Origin: an uncultured Gammaproteobacteria bacterium
Lineage (GTDB): Bacteria > Patescibacteriota > Microgenomatia > Woykebacterales > RBG-16-39-9b
Length of the DNA stretch: 64,000 nt
Direction: 5' to 3'
NCBI GenBank assembly: GCA_964360785.1
Contig: CAYHXX010000001.1
Span: forward strand, 412,264 to 476,263
Position 1 is the first letter of the stretch. Every line of letters begins with the position of its first letter. The notes below the pieces were generated by a model. That model searched no databases, was not told the origin of the DNA, and was given only the letters and a program-made list of their open reading frames with translations. A program made the translations under genes and the position numbers. Of this stretch, positions 10,033 to 19,159 are shown one piece after another.

Positions 10033-11817
10033 ATGAACTCCACCATGAGAAATATACTGAAAATAATTTCTATTTCCAAACCACTGCACAAACTTGTCTT
10101 GATAATCGGCTCGCTAATTTTAGTCGGAGCACTGCTGGATTTAATTCCACCAATCTTATCAAAATTTATCGTCGATGAGATAGTTAAGAAGCTCAATCAC
10201 GAAGGCGGGAGCGTAAATACCTTGGCCATTTTGATTGGGATAGGATTCGCTCTTCATTTTGTTGGAACGGTAGGCGATACAGTTAGCGAAAGGCTTGGGG
10301 ATCACTTTGCTGGACGGTTGCGAAAATTCTTAACCGAGAAATTTTACGATAAAGTTCTTTCACTGCCACAAAGTTATTTCGATGGGGAAATCTCGGGGAA
10401 AATAGTCAACCAGCTTAATCGCGCCATCACCTCAATACAAAATTTCATCAATAGTTCCACAAACTTTATTTTACCAACATTTTTGCAAAGTATCCTTACA
10501 ATTGCAGTACTGTCATTTTATAGTTTACCAATCGCCTTCTTTACCTTTCTACTCTTTCCAATTTACTTAAGTTTGAGCTACTACTCATCAAAACGTTGGG
10601 GGGCAGAAGAAGTCAAGAAAAATGCAATTGAGGATCTTTCTCGCGGACGAATCCAGGAAGTTGTCGGCAATATAAGGCTAGTCAAAAGTTTTAATAATGA
10701 ATTAAATGAATTTAAATTTATCCAAACCAATTTAGATAAATCAAACGAAATCTATGCACGTCAAAGCCGGACTTTCCATATTTTTGATTTCTTTCGCAAC
10801 CTAAGTCTAATCACGATTTTATTATTGATAAATATAGTAGCTTTCTACCAAACTTTCCAAGGGAATTTTTCCATCGGTACTCTTGTTCTTATTTTACAGC
10901 TAGTAAACCAAGCAAGACGGCCCCTCTTTGCCATGAGTTTCATTCTAACTAATGTTCAGAACGCAGAAGCAGGTTCAAAAGAATATTTTGAAATACTACA
11001 ACTACCTTCAAAAGAGAATTATTTGACGGACGAAGAAACTGAGATAATAAAAGACCCAACGATAGAATTTAAAAAAGTGTCTTTTAGTTATGAAAAATCA
11101 GAATCAGTTCTTGATGATATTAGTTTCAAATTGAACAAAAAAGAAAGCGTAGCTTTGGTTGGTCACTCTGGAGCTGGTAAGTCGACGATTATCAATTTAA
11201 TACTTAAGTTTTACGAGCCAAATAAAGGTGCAATATTTCTTAACGGTAATAAATATTCGAACTTGAGTCATAAAGCAATCAGACAAAATATTGCTTTGGT
11301 TTTTCAAGAAAACGAATTATTCTCAACGAGTATTCGCGAAAATGTGGCTTATGGAAAGCTCAAAGCAACCGATGACGAAATTATTGAAGCTTTGAAGAAG
11401 GCCAACGCTTATGAATTTGTCGAAAAACTTCCCCAGGGTATAAATAGCGAAGTCGGTGAAAGGGGCGTCAAGCTTTCGGGTGGGCAAAAACAAAGGGTTC
11501 AAATTGCCCGCGCAATTCTTAAAGATTCCCCAATCCTAATTTTGGACGAGGCAACCAGTAGCCTTGATGCAAAAAGTGAGCGGGAGGTTCATGAGGCTCT
11601 CAATGTTTTGATGAAGAATCGTTTGGTAATAATCATTGCACATCGATTCAGTACGATCCAAAATGTCGATAAGATCTTGGTTCTTGATGGCGGTAAAATT
11701 GTTGAGAGTGGAAATCCAGGAGAACTAGCCAAGAAACCTGGGATTTACTCAGAATTACTTAACTATCAGATAGAGGGTAATCGCAAACTTCTCGAGAAAT
11801 TTGACATAACTGAGTAG
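10033..11817 (+). CDS. ABC transporter permease/ATP-binding protein (MsbA-like exporter)
   Basis: Six N-terminal TMs. Walker A GHSGAGKST, signature LSGGQKQRVQIARAIL, Walker B ILILDEATS. Confidence 0.85.
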   Translation: MNSTMRNILKIISISKPLHKLVLIIGSLILVGALLDLIPPILSKFIVDEIVKKLNHEGGSVNTLAILIGIGFALHFVGTVGDTVSERLGDHFAGRLRKFLTEKFYDKVLSLPQSYFDGEISGKIVNQLNRAITSIQNFINSSTNFILPTFLQSILTIAVLSFYSLPIAFFTFLLFPIYLSLSYYSSKRWGAEEVKKNAIEDLSRGRIQEVVGNIRLVKSFNNELNEFKFIQTNLDKSNEIYARQSRTFHIFDFFRNLSLITILLLINIVAFYQTFQGNFSIGTLVLILQLVNQARRPLFAMSFILTNVQNAEAGSKEYFEILQLPSKENYLTDEETEIIKDPTIEFKKVSFSYEKSESVLDDISFKLNKKESVALVGHSGAGKSTIINLILKFYEPNKGAIFLNGNKYSNLSHKAIRQNIALVFQENELFSTSIRENVAYGKLKATDDEIIEALKKANAYEFVEKLPQGINSEVGERGVKLSGGQKQRVQIARAILKDSPILILDEATSSLDAKSEREVHEALNVLMKNRLVIIIAHRFSTIQNVDKILVLDGGKIVESGNPGELAKKPGIYSELLNYQIEGNRKLLEKFDITE

Positions 11818-11860
11818 AATTTTCTATTTAATTTCCTAAGTCTAAAAAGGTCAACAAAAA

Positions 11861-11885
11861 AGCGCCCTTTTCTGGCGCTCAACTT
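11861..11885 (-). terminator. Intrinsic terminator (stem AGCGCC/GGCGCT, T-run on minus strand) between convergent genes
   Basis: Perfect 6-bp GC stem with a 7-nt loop. On the minus strand it is followed by TTTTTTG. Downstream of 11963..12346. Confidence 0.5.
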
Positions 11886-11962
11886 TATATAGTATAGCAC
11901 AGACCATTATTTTCTGTCAATTTTTTTCGCATTAAGTTCGTTTTCAATTCTTTAAAAAAGTT

Positions 11963-12346
11963 TTACAAATACTTTCTCGCAAATTCGTCGGCTTGCATTT
12001 CCTGTCGATCGGTTTCCTGTTTTGTCTGAGGTTTCAGTATTGCATTGCGGTGATTTAATATCACATGACCAATCTCATGGAGTACTGTATATTCGATTTG
12101 CTCTTTGGCCTCGACAAAAAGTTCATCACTTAAGAAAACTAGATGCTTCCCTTGTAACTCATTGCCTGTCAGGACAAACCCCCAAGCGTCATCAAAACTA
12201 GAGATAAACCAAACATTTTTTATAACTTGATCGGAAATATCATCGGGAAGTTTCTGAATAGCCTCAACCACCGCTTTTTTCATCACATACTTACCTACTA
12301 GTCTACTACCAAGTTTTTCCTTTATCTGATCGATTGAATAGCTCAT
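11963..12346 (-). CDS. ImmA/IrrE-family (COG2856-like) HExxH metallopeptidase, minimal form
   Basis: HEIGHVILNH followed about 24 aa later by EMQADEFA, which matches the ImmA/IrrE HExxH...ExxANxFA pattern. 127 aa. Confidence 0.55.
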   Translation of the reverse strand: MSYSIDQIKEKLGSRLVGKYVMKKAVVEAIQKLPDDISDQVIKNVWFISSFDDAWGFVLTGNELQGKHLVFLSDELFVEAKEQIEYTVLHEIGHVILNHRNAILKPQTKQETDRQEMQADEFARKYL

Positions 12347-12481
12347 TTAACCTTGCCTCTCAAATTGTTGTTAAAGTATGGGCTTCTTGTGTATTGGTTG
12401 TAATGTGGCCTTAATAATAAACTTTGTTGTAACAATTCTCAAGAAAATGCTAGAATTCTTTTATTCTGAAGGAGGTGCGCA

Positions 12482-12748
12482 ATGGCAGACGAGCTTAGGC
12501 CTCAACTCCAGATCGAAGGAAAGCAAGCACTGCAAATAGTCGTCGGATGTTTGCTCTTGAGAGAACAAGATTGGGAAGGAGAAACACAACTCTCGATAAG
12601 TCATTGTTTTGTCCCCGGACAAAATACAGACTGCGGAGAACTGATAGCGGTTACAAAAATCAGAACCGACGAAAGCGAACTATCGGGAATCTGCCGGAGT
12701 TGCTGCTCGGTATTCACTGTCAGCTTCTCAGAACTGACTACAGACTAG
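12482..12748 (+). CDS. Small Cys-rich hypothetical protein (88 aa)
   Basis: Strong SD (GAAGGAGGTG, 6 nt before the ATG). Six Cys including SGICRSCCS. Its own 9-bp intrinsic terminator follows. GC is mildly raised relative to the flanks. Confidence 0.4.
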   Translation: MADELRPQLQIEGKQALQIVVGCLLLREQDWEGETQLSISHCFVPGQNTDCGELIAVTKIRTDESELSGICRSCCSVFTVSFSELTTD

Positions 12749-12774
12749 TAGGAAATGCACTCATGAATCTAGTA

Positions 12775-12808
12775 CTGCCCGCTTAGCCAACGACTGAGCG
12801 GGTTTTCT
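12775..12808 (+). terminator. Intrinsic terminator (CCCGCTTAG...CTGAGCGGG then TTTTCTTT)
   Basis: 9-bp stem with one G-U pair, 7-nt loop, then a T-run. Confidence 0.55.
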
Positions 12809-14578
12809 TTACCAACTACCGCCACCACCACCTCCAAAACCTCCTCCAGAGGAGCCTCCACCGCCAGACCCAGAACTACTAGGAGCTGAGGCAATCGAAC
12901 TCGAAACTGTGGAGGAGAAGGAATTCATAGCACTCCCAAACGCCATAACATTGAAAGCATTTGGGCTGTGGTACCAAGTTGGTTGTTGTGGTTCGATGCC
13001 CATCTTTTCGAAGGCTTTCGCAAACTTCCCTGTCAAGCCAAAAACTATCGCGTAGGGAAGTACCTCATTGAAAAGGTTCTTTTTCTCAAAGAACTGTTGA
13101 CGATATTTTTCTGCTGTTTCAATAAAAAGTTTGTAACCACTTGCTCGAACAAAAAGTTGTCTTCCTAGTGCTGTACGGGCAGGCATAAATTGCGCTGTAA
13201 CTAAAAATATTATTGCTAAAGAAACTACTACTATGCTCAACTCGAATAACCAACTACTAACTATCAAGAAACTCAACCAAAACACACCTGCTCCAACCGC
13301 ACCAAGTACCACAGCGAAAAGCGAGTATCTTAGCCTTACTTTGCTTGGATTTTCTACGAAAAATTTCTTATCAGCCAAATCCAGATATAGCTTTTCTTTG
13401 ACTGTCGCTAGATCCTTATAAAATTTATTCTTTAATTCCGACATTTTGACAACATTACCCTCGTCATCAAATAAACGAAGCAACAACTCCTCTTCATATT
13501 CCAATAAACCTTCTACCTTCTTTTCTAAACGTTCGAATATATAATCACTACTACCGAGAGCCCACGTTTTTGGTTCCTCAGTTATTGTCAAATAACCACG
13601 ACTAGCAAGATCGACAATAGTCGCGGTAACATCCAAGGTATCGGCTTTTTCGTCAATCAAGGCAGCCAATTCCGCCGGTCTTAAATTTTCTGGAGGGGAA
13701 TATTCGACCACTACAGTTTCCTTTGCCCCAACTGGAGATAACGCGGCTTTAGAACCTAGTAAATAGTTTCTTCCAAACCAAAAATCTCTGCCTTTTCGTA
13801 ACCACAACCTTATGATAAGAAAAACCCCAATCAAGAAAACTCCCAAAGAGAGAGCAAGGATCACCGGATTTCCGATATCAGACCAGACGGTTTTTGGTGG
13901 TTCCGCGATAAGCAATGGCACTAAACCCTTCTTGTAACCCAAGGCCACTGTCATACCTTCACCAATATAAAGTGTTCTCGTTGATTCGAAAAATATGTTC
14001 GTAGCTGTAGCTTCAGCTACACTACAGTCCTCTGCAGCATCAGTTACCCCTTGATAACAAGCTTTTTGTAAAACACCTTCTTTAGGTAAAGTAACATTTA
14101 CGCTTGCTTTTTCAATCTCTACTTCCCAATTGTTACCAGTCACATTCCAATAAAGTTCGTCAAACTCCTCATAACCCAAAAGGTTTCCTTTTACTAAGTA
14201 TTGGATTTTGTAACTTTGTGTGCCAGTAATTGTCTCGTTGGGATCTCCAATCTTAAGTACTACATCATTTCCTGAAGTAGTTTTTGAATACTTCTCGTTG
14301 TTGTCGTTGCGGCTTATTGATCTAATTTCAAACTCTAAATACGTCTTTGAACCATCTTTGTTTTGATAAATATATGGAATATTTCGAAATATCCCATGTT
14401 TCTGCAACGAGCCAAAATCAACAGTGATGGTTTCGACAACACTGACAAAACCGTCATCCTGAATCCGAATATCACCGTGAAGACTACTAATTTTCCAATC
14501 TTCTTGTGCCTCTGTGGAAGTATGAAATTGTAGTAAGAAAAAGAATGACAGTACTAAGCTATAAAGAAGTTTCTTCAT
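12809..14578 (-). CDS. DUF2207-family membrane protein with C-terminal Gly-rich tail
   Basis: Signal peptide, three TMs in the middle, C-terminal GSGGGGSSGGGFGGGGGGSW tail typical of DUF2207. Confidence 0.65.
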   Translation of the reverse strand: MKKLLYSLVLSFFFLLQFHTSTEAQEDWKISSLHGDIRIQDDGFVSVVETITVDFGSLQKHGIFRNIPYIYQNKDGSKTYLEFEIRSISRNDNNEKYSKTTSGNDVVLKIGDPNETITGTQSYKIQYLVKGNLLGYEEFDELYWNVTGNNWEVEIEKASVNVTLPKEGVLQKACYQGVTDAAEDCSVAEATATNIFFESTRTLYIGEGMTVALGYKKGLVPLLIAEPPKTVWSDIGNPVILALSLGVFLIGVFLIIRLWLRKGRDFWFGRNYLLGSKAALSPVGAKETVVVEYSPPENLRPAELAALIDEKADTLDVTATIVDLASRGYLTITEEPKTWALGSSDYIFERLEKKVEGLLEYEEELLLRLFDDEGNVVKMSELKNKFYKDLATVKEKLYLDLADKKFFVENPSKVRLRYSLFAVVLGAVGAGVFWLSFLIVSSWLFELSIVVVSLAIIFLVTAQFMPARTALGRQLFVRASGYKLFIETAEKYRQQFFEKKNLFNEVLPYAIVFGLTGKFAKAFEKMGIEPQQPTWYHSPNAFNVMAFGSAMNSFSSTVSSSIASAPSSSGSGGGGSSGGGFGGGGGGSW

Positions 14579-14895
14579 TAACTAAGATTAGAAAATATTA
14601 CAACAAATCCGATAAAAACGATTGCTGGGATGATTAGAAGTTGCAAACTGAAAAAGAAAGCACTTTCCATTCTTTCATGGTAATTCTCTCGTAGCTGAAT
14701 AAAATAAGAAAAACAAAAATTTCCTACAGCGAAGAGAAAGCTGGAGGAGAGAATTAGTGCGAATAAATTGCTGTCTTCAACTCCAAAGTTTTCAGACAAA
14801 ACGTTTGTTATGCTCTGGCCAAACCACAAAGCTGCACCAAAAAGAAGGAGGTATATGGAGCCGCCAAGAAATGAGGTTACCTTTGCAATGTCCAT
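14578..14895 (-). CDS. Small 3-TM membrane protein
   Basis: 105 aa, three hydrophobic helices. Translationally coupled (1-nt overlap) to the DUF2207 gene. Confidence 0.45.
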   Translation of the reverse strand: MDIAKVTSFLGGSIYLLLFGAALWFGQSITNVLSENFGVEDSNLFALILSSSFLFAVGNFCFSYFIQLRENYHERMESAFFFSLQLLIIPAIVFIGFVVIFSNLS

Positions 14896-14941
14896 CTTGC
14901 TTTATTTTAACTCAAATTTGTTTAGTTTTCATGAGCAAAAA

Positions 14942-15844
14942 TCATTTTCTGCGTTTTTGGCTGATATTTTGCCAAGTGACCAATAGCGGAGCGGCATTAA
15001 ATATAGAAGAATAGGTTCCGGAGATTATTCCGATAAGTAATGCTGCTACAAACCAACGAATTGAGATACCACCAAATAGAAGCAAAGCAAAAAGTACCAG
15101 AACCACCGTGAGCGAAGTGTTGATAGATCTTCCGATAGTCTGCATGATTGAGTGCTCAACAGTCTCCTCAAAACTCTTGTAGGAGGTACGATTTAGATTT
15201 TCTCTTATTCGGTCAAAGACGACAATTGTGTCATGGACTGAGAAACCAATTACCGTGAGTACTGCTGTTACAAAAAGAGCATCTACCTCAACTGCTAAGA
15301 AATGTCCCAGAATTGCAAAAACACCAAGAAGAACCAAGGCGTCGTGCAACATCGCAATAATTGCGCAAATACCAAACCGCCAACTACTTGCTGGCTTTGG
15401 AACGGAACGAAAGGCATAAGCAATGTAGAGTACGATTAGTAGCGAGGCAATACCTAGTGACAACAATGACTTCTTTAGTAACTCTTGGCCAATTGTCGGA
15501 CCAATTGTTTCCTTACGTAATATTGACAAATTGGGGTCTTTCTCTTTAAACGTGTTTGTTAGAGAATTCACTTGATTGTCGTCTAGAGGGTTTGACCTTA
15601 GTAGGTACGTGTTAGTAGCGGTTACTTGTATGCCGGTTTCTCCAAATTCAATGCTTTTTGTTTTCCCGACTTCAATTATTTCATTTCTAGAAACCTGCTT
15701 GGAAAATTTAACTTCTAAAAGGGTTCCGCCTGTAAAATCAGGTCCTAGTGGTAATCCCCAAAGTACCAAAGCAAATAATCCTGGCAAAATTACCGCCAGC
15801 GAAATAAAATAGTACCACTTCCTTCGACCAACTATATTTAACAT
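14942..15844 (-). CDS. secF: Protein translocase subunit SecF
   Basis: SecF N-terminus (IVGRRKWYYFISLAVILPGL) and six TMs. 300 aa. Confidence 0.85.
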   Translation of the reverse strand: MLNIVGRRKWYYFISLAVILPGLFALVLWGLPLGPDFTGGTLLEVKFSKQVSRNEIIEVGKTKSIEFGETGIQVTATNTYLLRSNPLDDNQVNSLTNTFKEKDPNLSILRKETIGPTIGQELLKKSLLSLGIASLLIVLYIAYAFRSVPKPASSWRFGICAIIAMLHDALVLLGVFAILGHFLAVEVDALFVTAVLTVIGFSVHDTIVVFDRIRENLNRTSYKSFEETVEHSIMQTIGRSINTSLTVVLVLFALLLFGGISIRWFVAALLIGIISGTYSSIFNAAPLLVTWQNISQKRRK

Positions 15845-16170
15845 TAGTTTGTTTCCTTAATTTCTCTAAAGTCTTCCATAATTTGCTCTTCAATTCCCAC
15901 AATTGCCTCTTTTACAATTTCCTCTAGATTTGCTATCTTCTGATGCAGAAACTCTAGATAATTTTCACCCGTACCAATCACCAAAAGCTCAAGAAATACC
16001 TGTTTGTCCTTTTCCTCTAAGTATTCTAAAACCCTGTTCAGAAGCTTTTGATGATAAAGTAGCGTGACTATCTCCGTCAACTTAACTTTTTCCTGCTCTT
16101 CTACATCAAGCTTTCCAATCTCGATAAATATTTTTGGTTCTTTTATAAAATGTCTTACTAAAATACTCAT
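15844..16170 (-). CDS. Hypothetical acidic helical protein
   Basis: 108 aa, Glu/Leu-rich. Lies between secD and secF with a 1-nt overlap to secF. Confidence 0.4.
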   Translation of the reverse strand: MSILVRHFIKEPKIFIEIGKLDVEEQEKVKLTEIVTLLYHQKLLNRVLEYLEEKDKQVFLELLVIGTGENYLEFLHQKIANLEEIVKEAIVGIEEQIMEDFREIKETN

Positions 16171-16191
16171 AACCTCTTTTTTGTGAGAATA

Positions 16192-17130
16192 CTAAATTGG
16201 CCCTAATTTTACTGTACCCCTCACGTCATCTATAAAAAATATTAGAACTTTTGCCTTTCGGCTACCACGATACATCTGCAGATGATCCATAAGTTCAGGT
16301 GAACCCCCGAAACTTTTTCCTGTCCACTTTGCTGGACCTGCGTCTGCTATATCGCCTACGACTGATCTACCATTTTCCGTGTTCACAACCAAAACCTTAC
16401 GGTGTTTGTACCACGCGGCCTTGCTGCTGTTGTAACCAGGAATATCAAAGGTTTGCACAACTACATAGTATTTCTCCTCCTCAATATTTTCTTTGGTAAG
16501 TGCAAACTTGTTCGGGGCAAAATACCCAAATGCGCCACGGTTTCTAGTCAACCTACTTTTTCCATAAATGTTTGCTGAAACTCCTGACTCAAAGTGCTCC
16601 TGTATATTGTCTCCAGGATAACGTGGTAAATGCTGTTCCAAACCAATTTTCCCATAACTTGTATTTAGGTGATTACCATCCAATTCCGCCGTGACTTTTA
16701 TCCCGATATTTTTAGATATTTCATCAGTCAAAACCCTTTCGTTTTCTACCGAAAGATGTTTGACGTTTCTTGGTAGGTGGTTGCTGAAAATTTTTAAAAG
16801 AGCTTCTTTCGTATCCTGTCTCCCAACTGCTTCGCCAATTATTTGATTCGTAATCAAAGACTCTCCAGCCGTATTAGTAGGTAAATTCTTTTCTGGTACC
16901 AGACCGCTAGAAAGCAGTACTATTCCGGCAGCCAAACCCGCGGCTGCTCTTCGTCCACCTTTTTGTAAGATGTGATCAGCATCAATCCCCCTTCTTTCTA
17001 GATACTCAAGTGCGTCTTTATGTTTCTCTTCGAACTCAGTTATAAGTTCTTGCGATCTTTTCTCTAATCTTCTAGAAAGAACAGCGAAATTTGGGTTTTG
17101 CTTTTTTCCCAAAATTTTTTTTAATTTCAT
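16192..17130 (-). CDS. RlpA-like double-psi beta-barrel (DPBB) domain membrane-anchored protein
   Basis: N-terminal TM. The C-terminal KVLVVNTENGRSVVGDIADAGP is very close to the RlpA DPBB core (VRVTNLENGRSVVVRINDRGP). Confidence 0.55.
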   Translation of the reverse strand: MKLKKILGKKQNPNFAVLSRRLEKRSQELITEFEEKHKDALEYLERRGIDADHILQKGGRRAAAGLAAGIVLLSSGLVPEKNLPTNTAGESLITNQIIGEAVGRQDTKEALLKIFSNHLPRNVKHLSVENERVLTDEISKNIGIKVTAELDGNHLNTSYGKIGLEQHLPRYPGDNIQEHFESGVSANIYGKSRLTRNRGAFGYFAPNKFALTKENIEEEKYYVVVQTFDIPGYNSSKAAWYKHRKVLVVNTENGRSVVGDIADAGPAKWTGKSFGGSPELMDHLQMYRGSRKAKVLIFFIDDVRGTVKLGPI

Positions 17131-17131
17131 C

Positions 17132-18487
17132 TCAAGACTTATATACTACTCTAAGAAATGTCCTTGTCACGGTGATGGCAGTAAACATCGACACTAAGAT
17201 ACCGATTGCAAGTGCGACAGCAAATCCTCTGACTTGCCCAGTTCCAAAACTAAAAAGCACTAAGGTCGTTATCAGCGAGGAGATATTGGAATCTCTGATC
17301 GAGTTCCACGCACGACCGAATCCTATCTCAATGGCTTGTTTCCGATTCCGACCAAGCCGCAACTCTTCTTTCATACGCTCAAAGATCAAAACATTGGCAT
17401 CTACTGCCATTCCGATAGAAAGGATAAACCCAGCAATACCTGCAAGGGTAAGCGTTACTGGGACAGATTTGAAAACTGCTAAAGTAACCATCGTGTAAAT
17501 TAAAAGCGCAAGATCTGCTAATAACCCTGGGATACCGTAGAAAAAGATCATGAAAATACCGATCACTGCTAAACCAATTGCACCGGCCACTAAACTGCGT
17601 TGCACTGATTCTTGCCCCAAAGTCGCCCCAACTGTTCTCTCAGATACAATATCGATCTTTTTAACCGGCAAAGCACCTGCTTTGAGTTGTGTAGCCAATC
17701 TTTTTGCTTGATCAACATCAACACCAGTTATCTGACCTTTATCACTTATTTCTGATTGCACTGTTGGTGCTGAAACGACTAGCCCATCGAGAAAAATAGC
17801 CAATGGTTTTCCAATTAATCTTTTTGTAAGAGCGCCAAATTTGGCTGCTGATTCACTTTTCATTTCAAAGGCAACCACTGGTTGGCCTGGGTTTTGACTG
17901 TCTTGAGCTTGCGGGTAGTCAATATTGGCAGACTTCAAATCTTTTCCAGAAATTCCAGTTTCCTTGGTATTCTCAAGTGTTGGGAAGGTACCGGCTGGCG
18001 CGTTCGGATCGGTAAGTTCGCGAAACTCGAGTTTTGCCGTTTCCCCAACCAGTTTCTTGGCCTCGTCAACATTTTTTACTCCAGGAAGTTGGACTATTAT
18101 TCGATACTCTTCTCCGACCTGAGAAGTCTGAACCACTGATTCAGAAACTCCAAACAAGTTTACTCGTCTTTCAATCACTTCTTTTGCAGCATCCAGGGCT
18201 TCCTTCTTTTTATCATTTGAGATATCTGACATATCTGCTCTGAGGATAAGGTCAGTACCACCTTGTAGATCTAACCCAAGTTTGACATCTAAATCCCGCT
18301 CAATTCTGGTACCAAAGACACTAAAATCAAGCTTGGGACCAGCCAAAACAGTATCAATGTAAATACTTTTCCCCTGGATTTTTATTGGACCGGAATTAAA
18401 TTTTATAGGTACTCTAGGCCAATCAACTAGTAACGCTACTATTACAATCGAAAATATTAATGTTAGTAGAATTCGGTTTCGGTTCAT
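17132..18487 (-). CDS. secD: Protein translocase subunit SecD
   Basis: 451 aa. Periplasmic domain followed by six C-terminal TMs with SecD/F motifs (e.g. GFILSIGMAVDANVLIFERM). Confidence 0.85.
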   Translation of the reverse strand: MNRNRILLTLIFSIVIVALLVDWPRVPIKFNSGPIKIQGKSIYIDTVLAGPKLDFSVFGTRIERDLDVKLGLDLQGGTDLILRADMSDISNDKKKEALDAAKEVIERRVNLFGVSESVVQTSQVGEEYRIIVQLPGVKNVDEAKKLVGETAKLEFRELTDPNAPAGTFPTLENTKETGISGKDLKSANIDYPQAQDSQNPGQPVVAFEMKSESAAKFGALTKRLIGKPLAIFLDGLVVSAPTVQSEISDKGQITGVDVDQAKRLATQLKAGALPVKKIDIVSERTVGATLGQESVQRSLVAGAIGLAVIGIFMIFFYGIPGLLADLALLIYTMVTLAVFKSVPVTLTLAGIAGFILSIGMAVDANVLIFERMKEELRLGRNRKQAIEIGFGRAWNSIRDSNISSLITTLVLFSFGTGQVRGFAVALAIGILVSMFTAITVTRTFLRVVYKS

Positions 18488-18535
18488 ATACGTGCTTAAG
18501 TTTACAATTTCTGAGGTTTTTTGGTCAACAAAGTC

Positions 18536-19159
18536 TTATCTCAAGATCTCCTCTTCATCACCAACAAGCATCACTCGAGTCTTTTCCAAAATTCCAGTTA
18601 CAAATGGGTCACGTCTGTGCTTACGGAAATTAAACTCATCTTCTGTCATAACAGTGTAGTTGATTTCACGCCCAACTTCGTTTTCGGCTCTTTTAACAAC
18701 CTGAGCTAGCTGAGGAATAACAACGTTACCTACAACCAATAGGTCAACATCAGCGGCACCAACAGGACGACGCCTTATATACCCGCCTGATAGAAGGGCA
18801 AATTTAATTTTTCCGAGTTTGCCGCGTTCTTTTATAATATCCCCACCCAAACCCTGCACCTTGGAAATCATTCTTGAGAGCTCATCATAGAAAATATAGT
18901 CTTTGCGGAAGCCATAGAACTTTCTGTTGGCTCTGTTTTCCGAAAAAACCATGTCAGCTTTATCCATGCGCTGAAGTTCTGCACGAACTGCATTTATTTG
19001 TTCACCTACCATTCGCACAAGTTCGCGCACGTAGAATATTTTTCCTGGGTTAGCAAGGAATACTGTGAGCAGTTTTACCCGAGTTTTTGATATAAATAGG
19101 TCTTTTAACATTAGTCCTCCATTTAGACAGATGTTCCGACAGGTATCATTTCCATCCAA
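18536..19159 (-). CDS. Winged-HTH + minimal nucleotidyltransferase (MNT) domain protein
   Basis: N-terminal wHTH (KIFYVRELVRMVGEQINAVRAELQRM). C-terminal GG-x10-DVDLLVVG nucleotidyltransferase signature. Confidence 0.55.
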   Translation of the reverse strand: MDGNDTCRNICLNGGLMLKDLFISKTRVKLLTVFLANPGKIFYVRELVRMVGEQINAVRAELQRMDKADMVFSENRANRKFYGFRKDYIFYDELSRMISKVQGLGGDIIKERGKLGKIKFALLSGGYIRRRPVGAADVDLLVVGNVVIPQLAQVVKRAENEVGREINYTVMTEDEFNFRKHRRDPFVTGILEKTRVMLVGDEEEILR

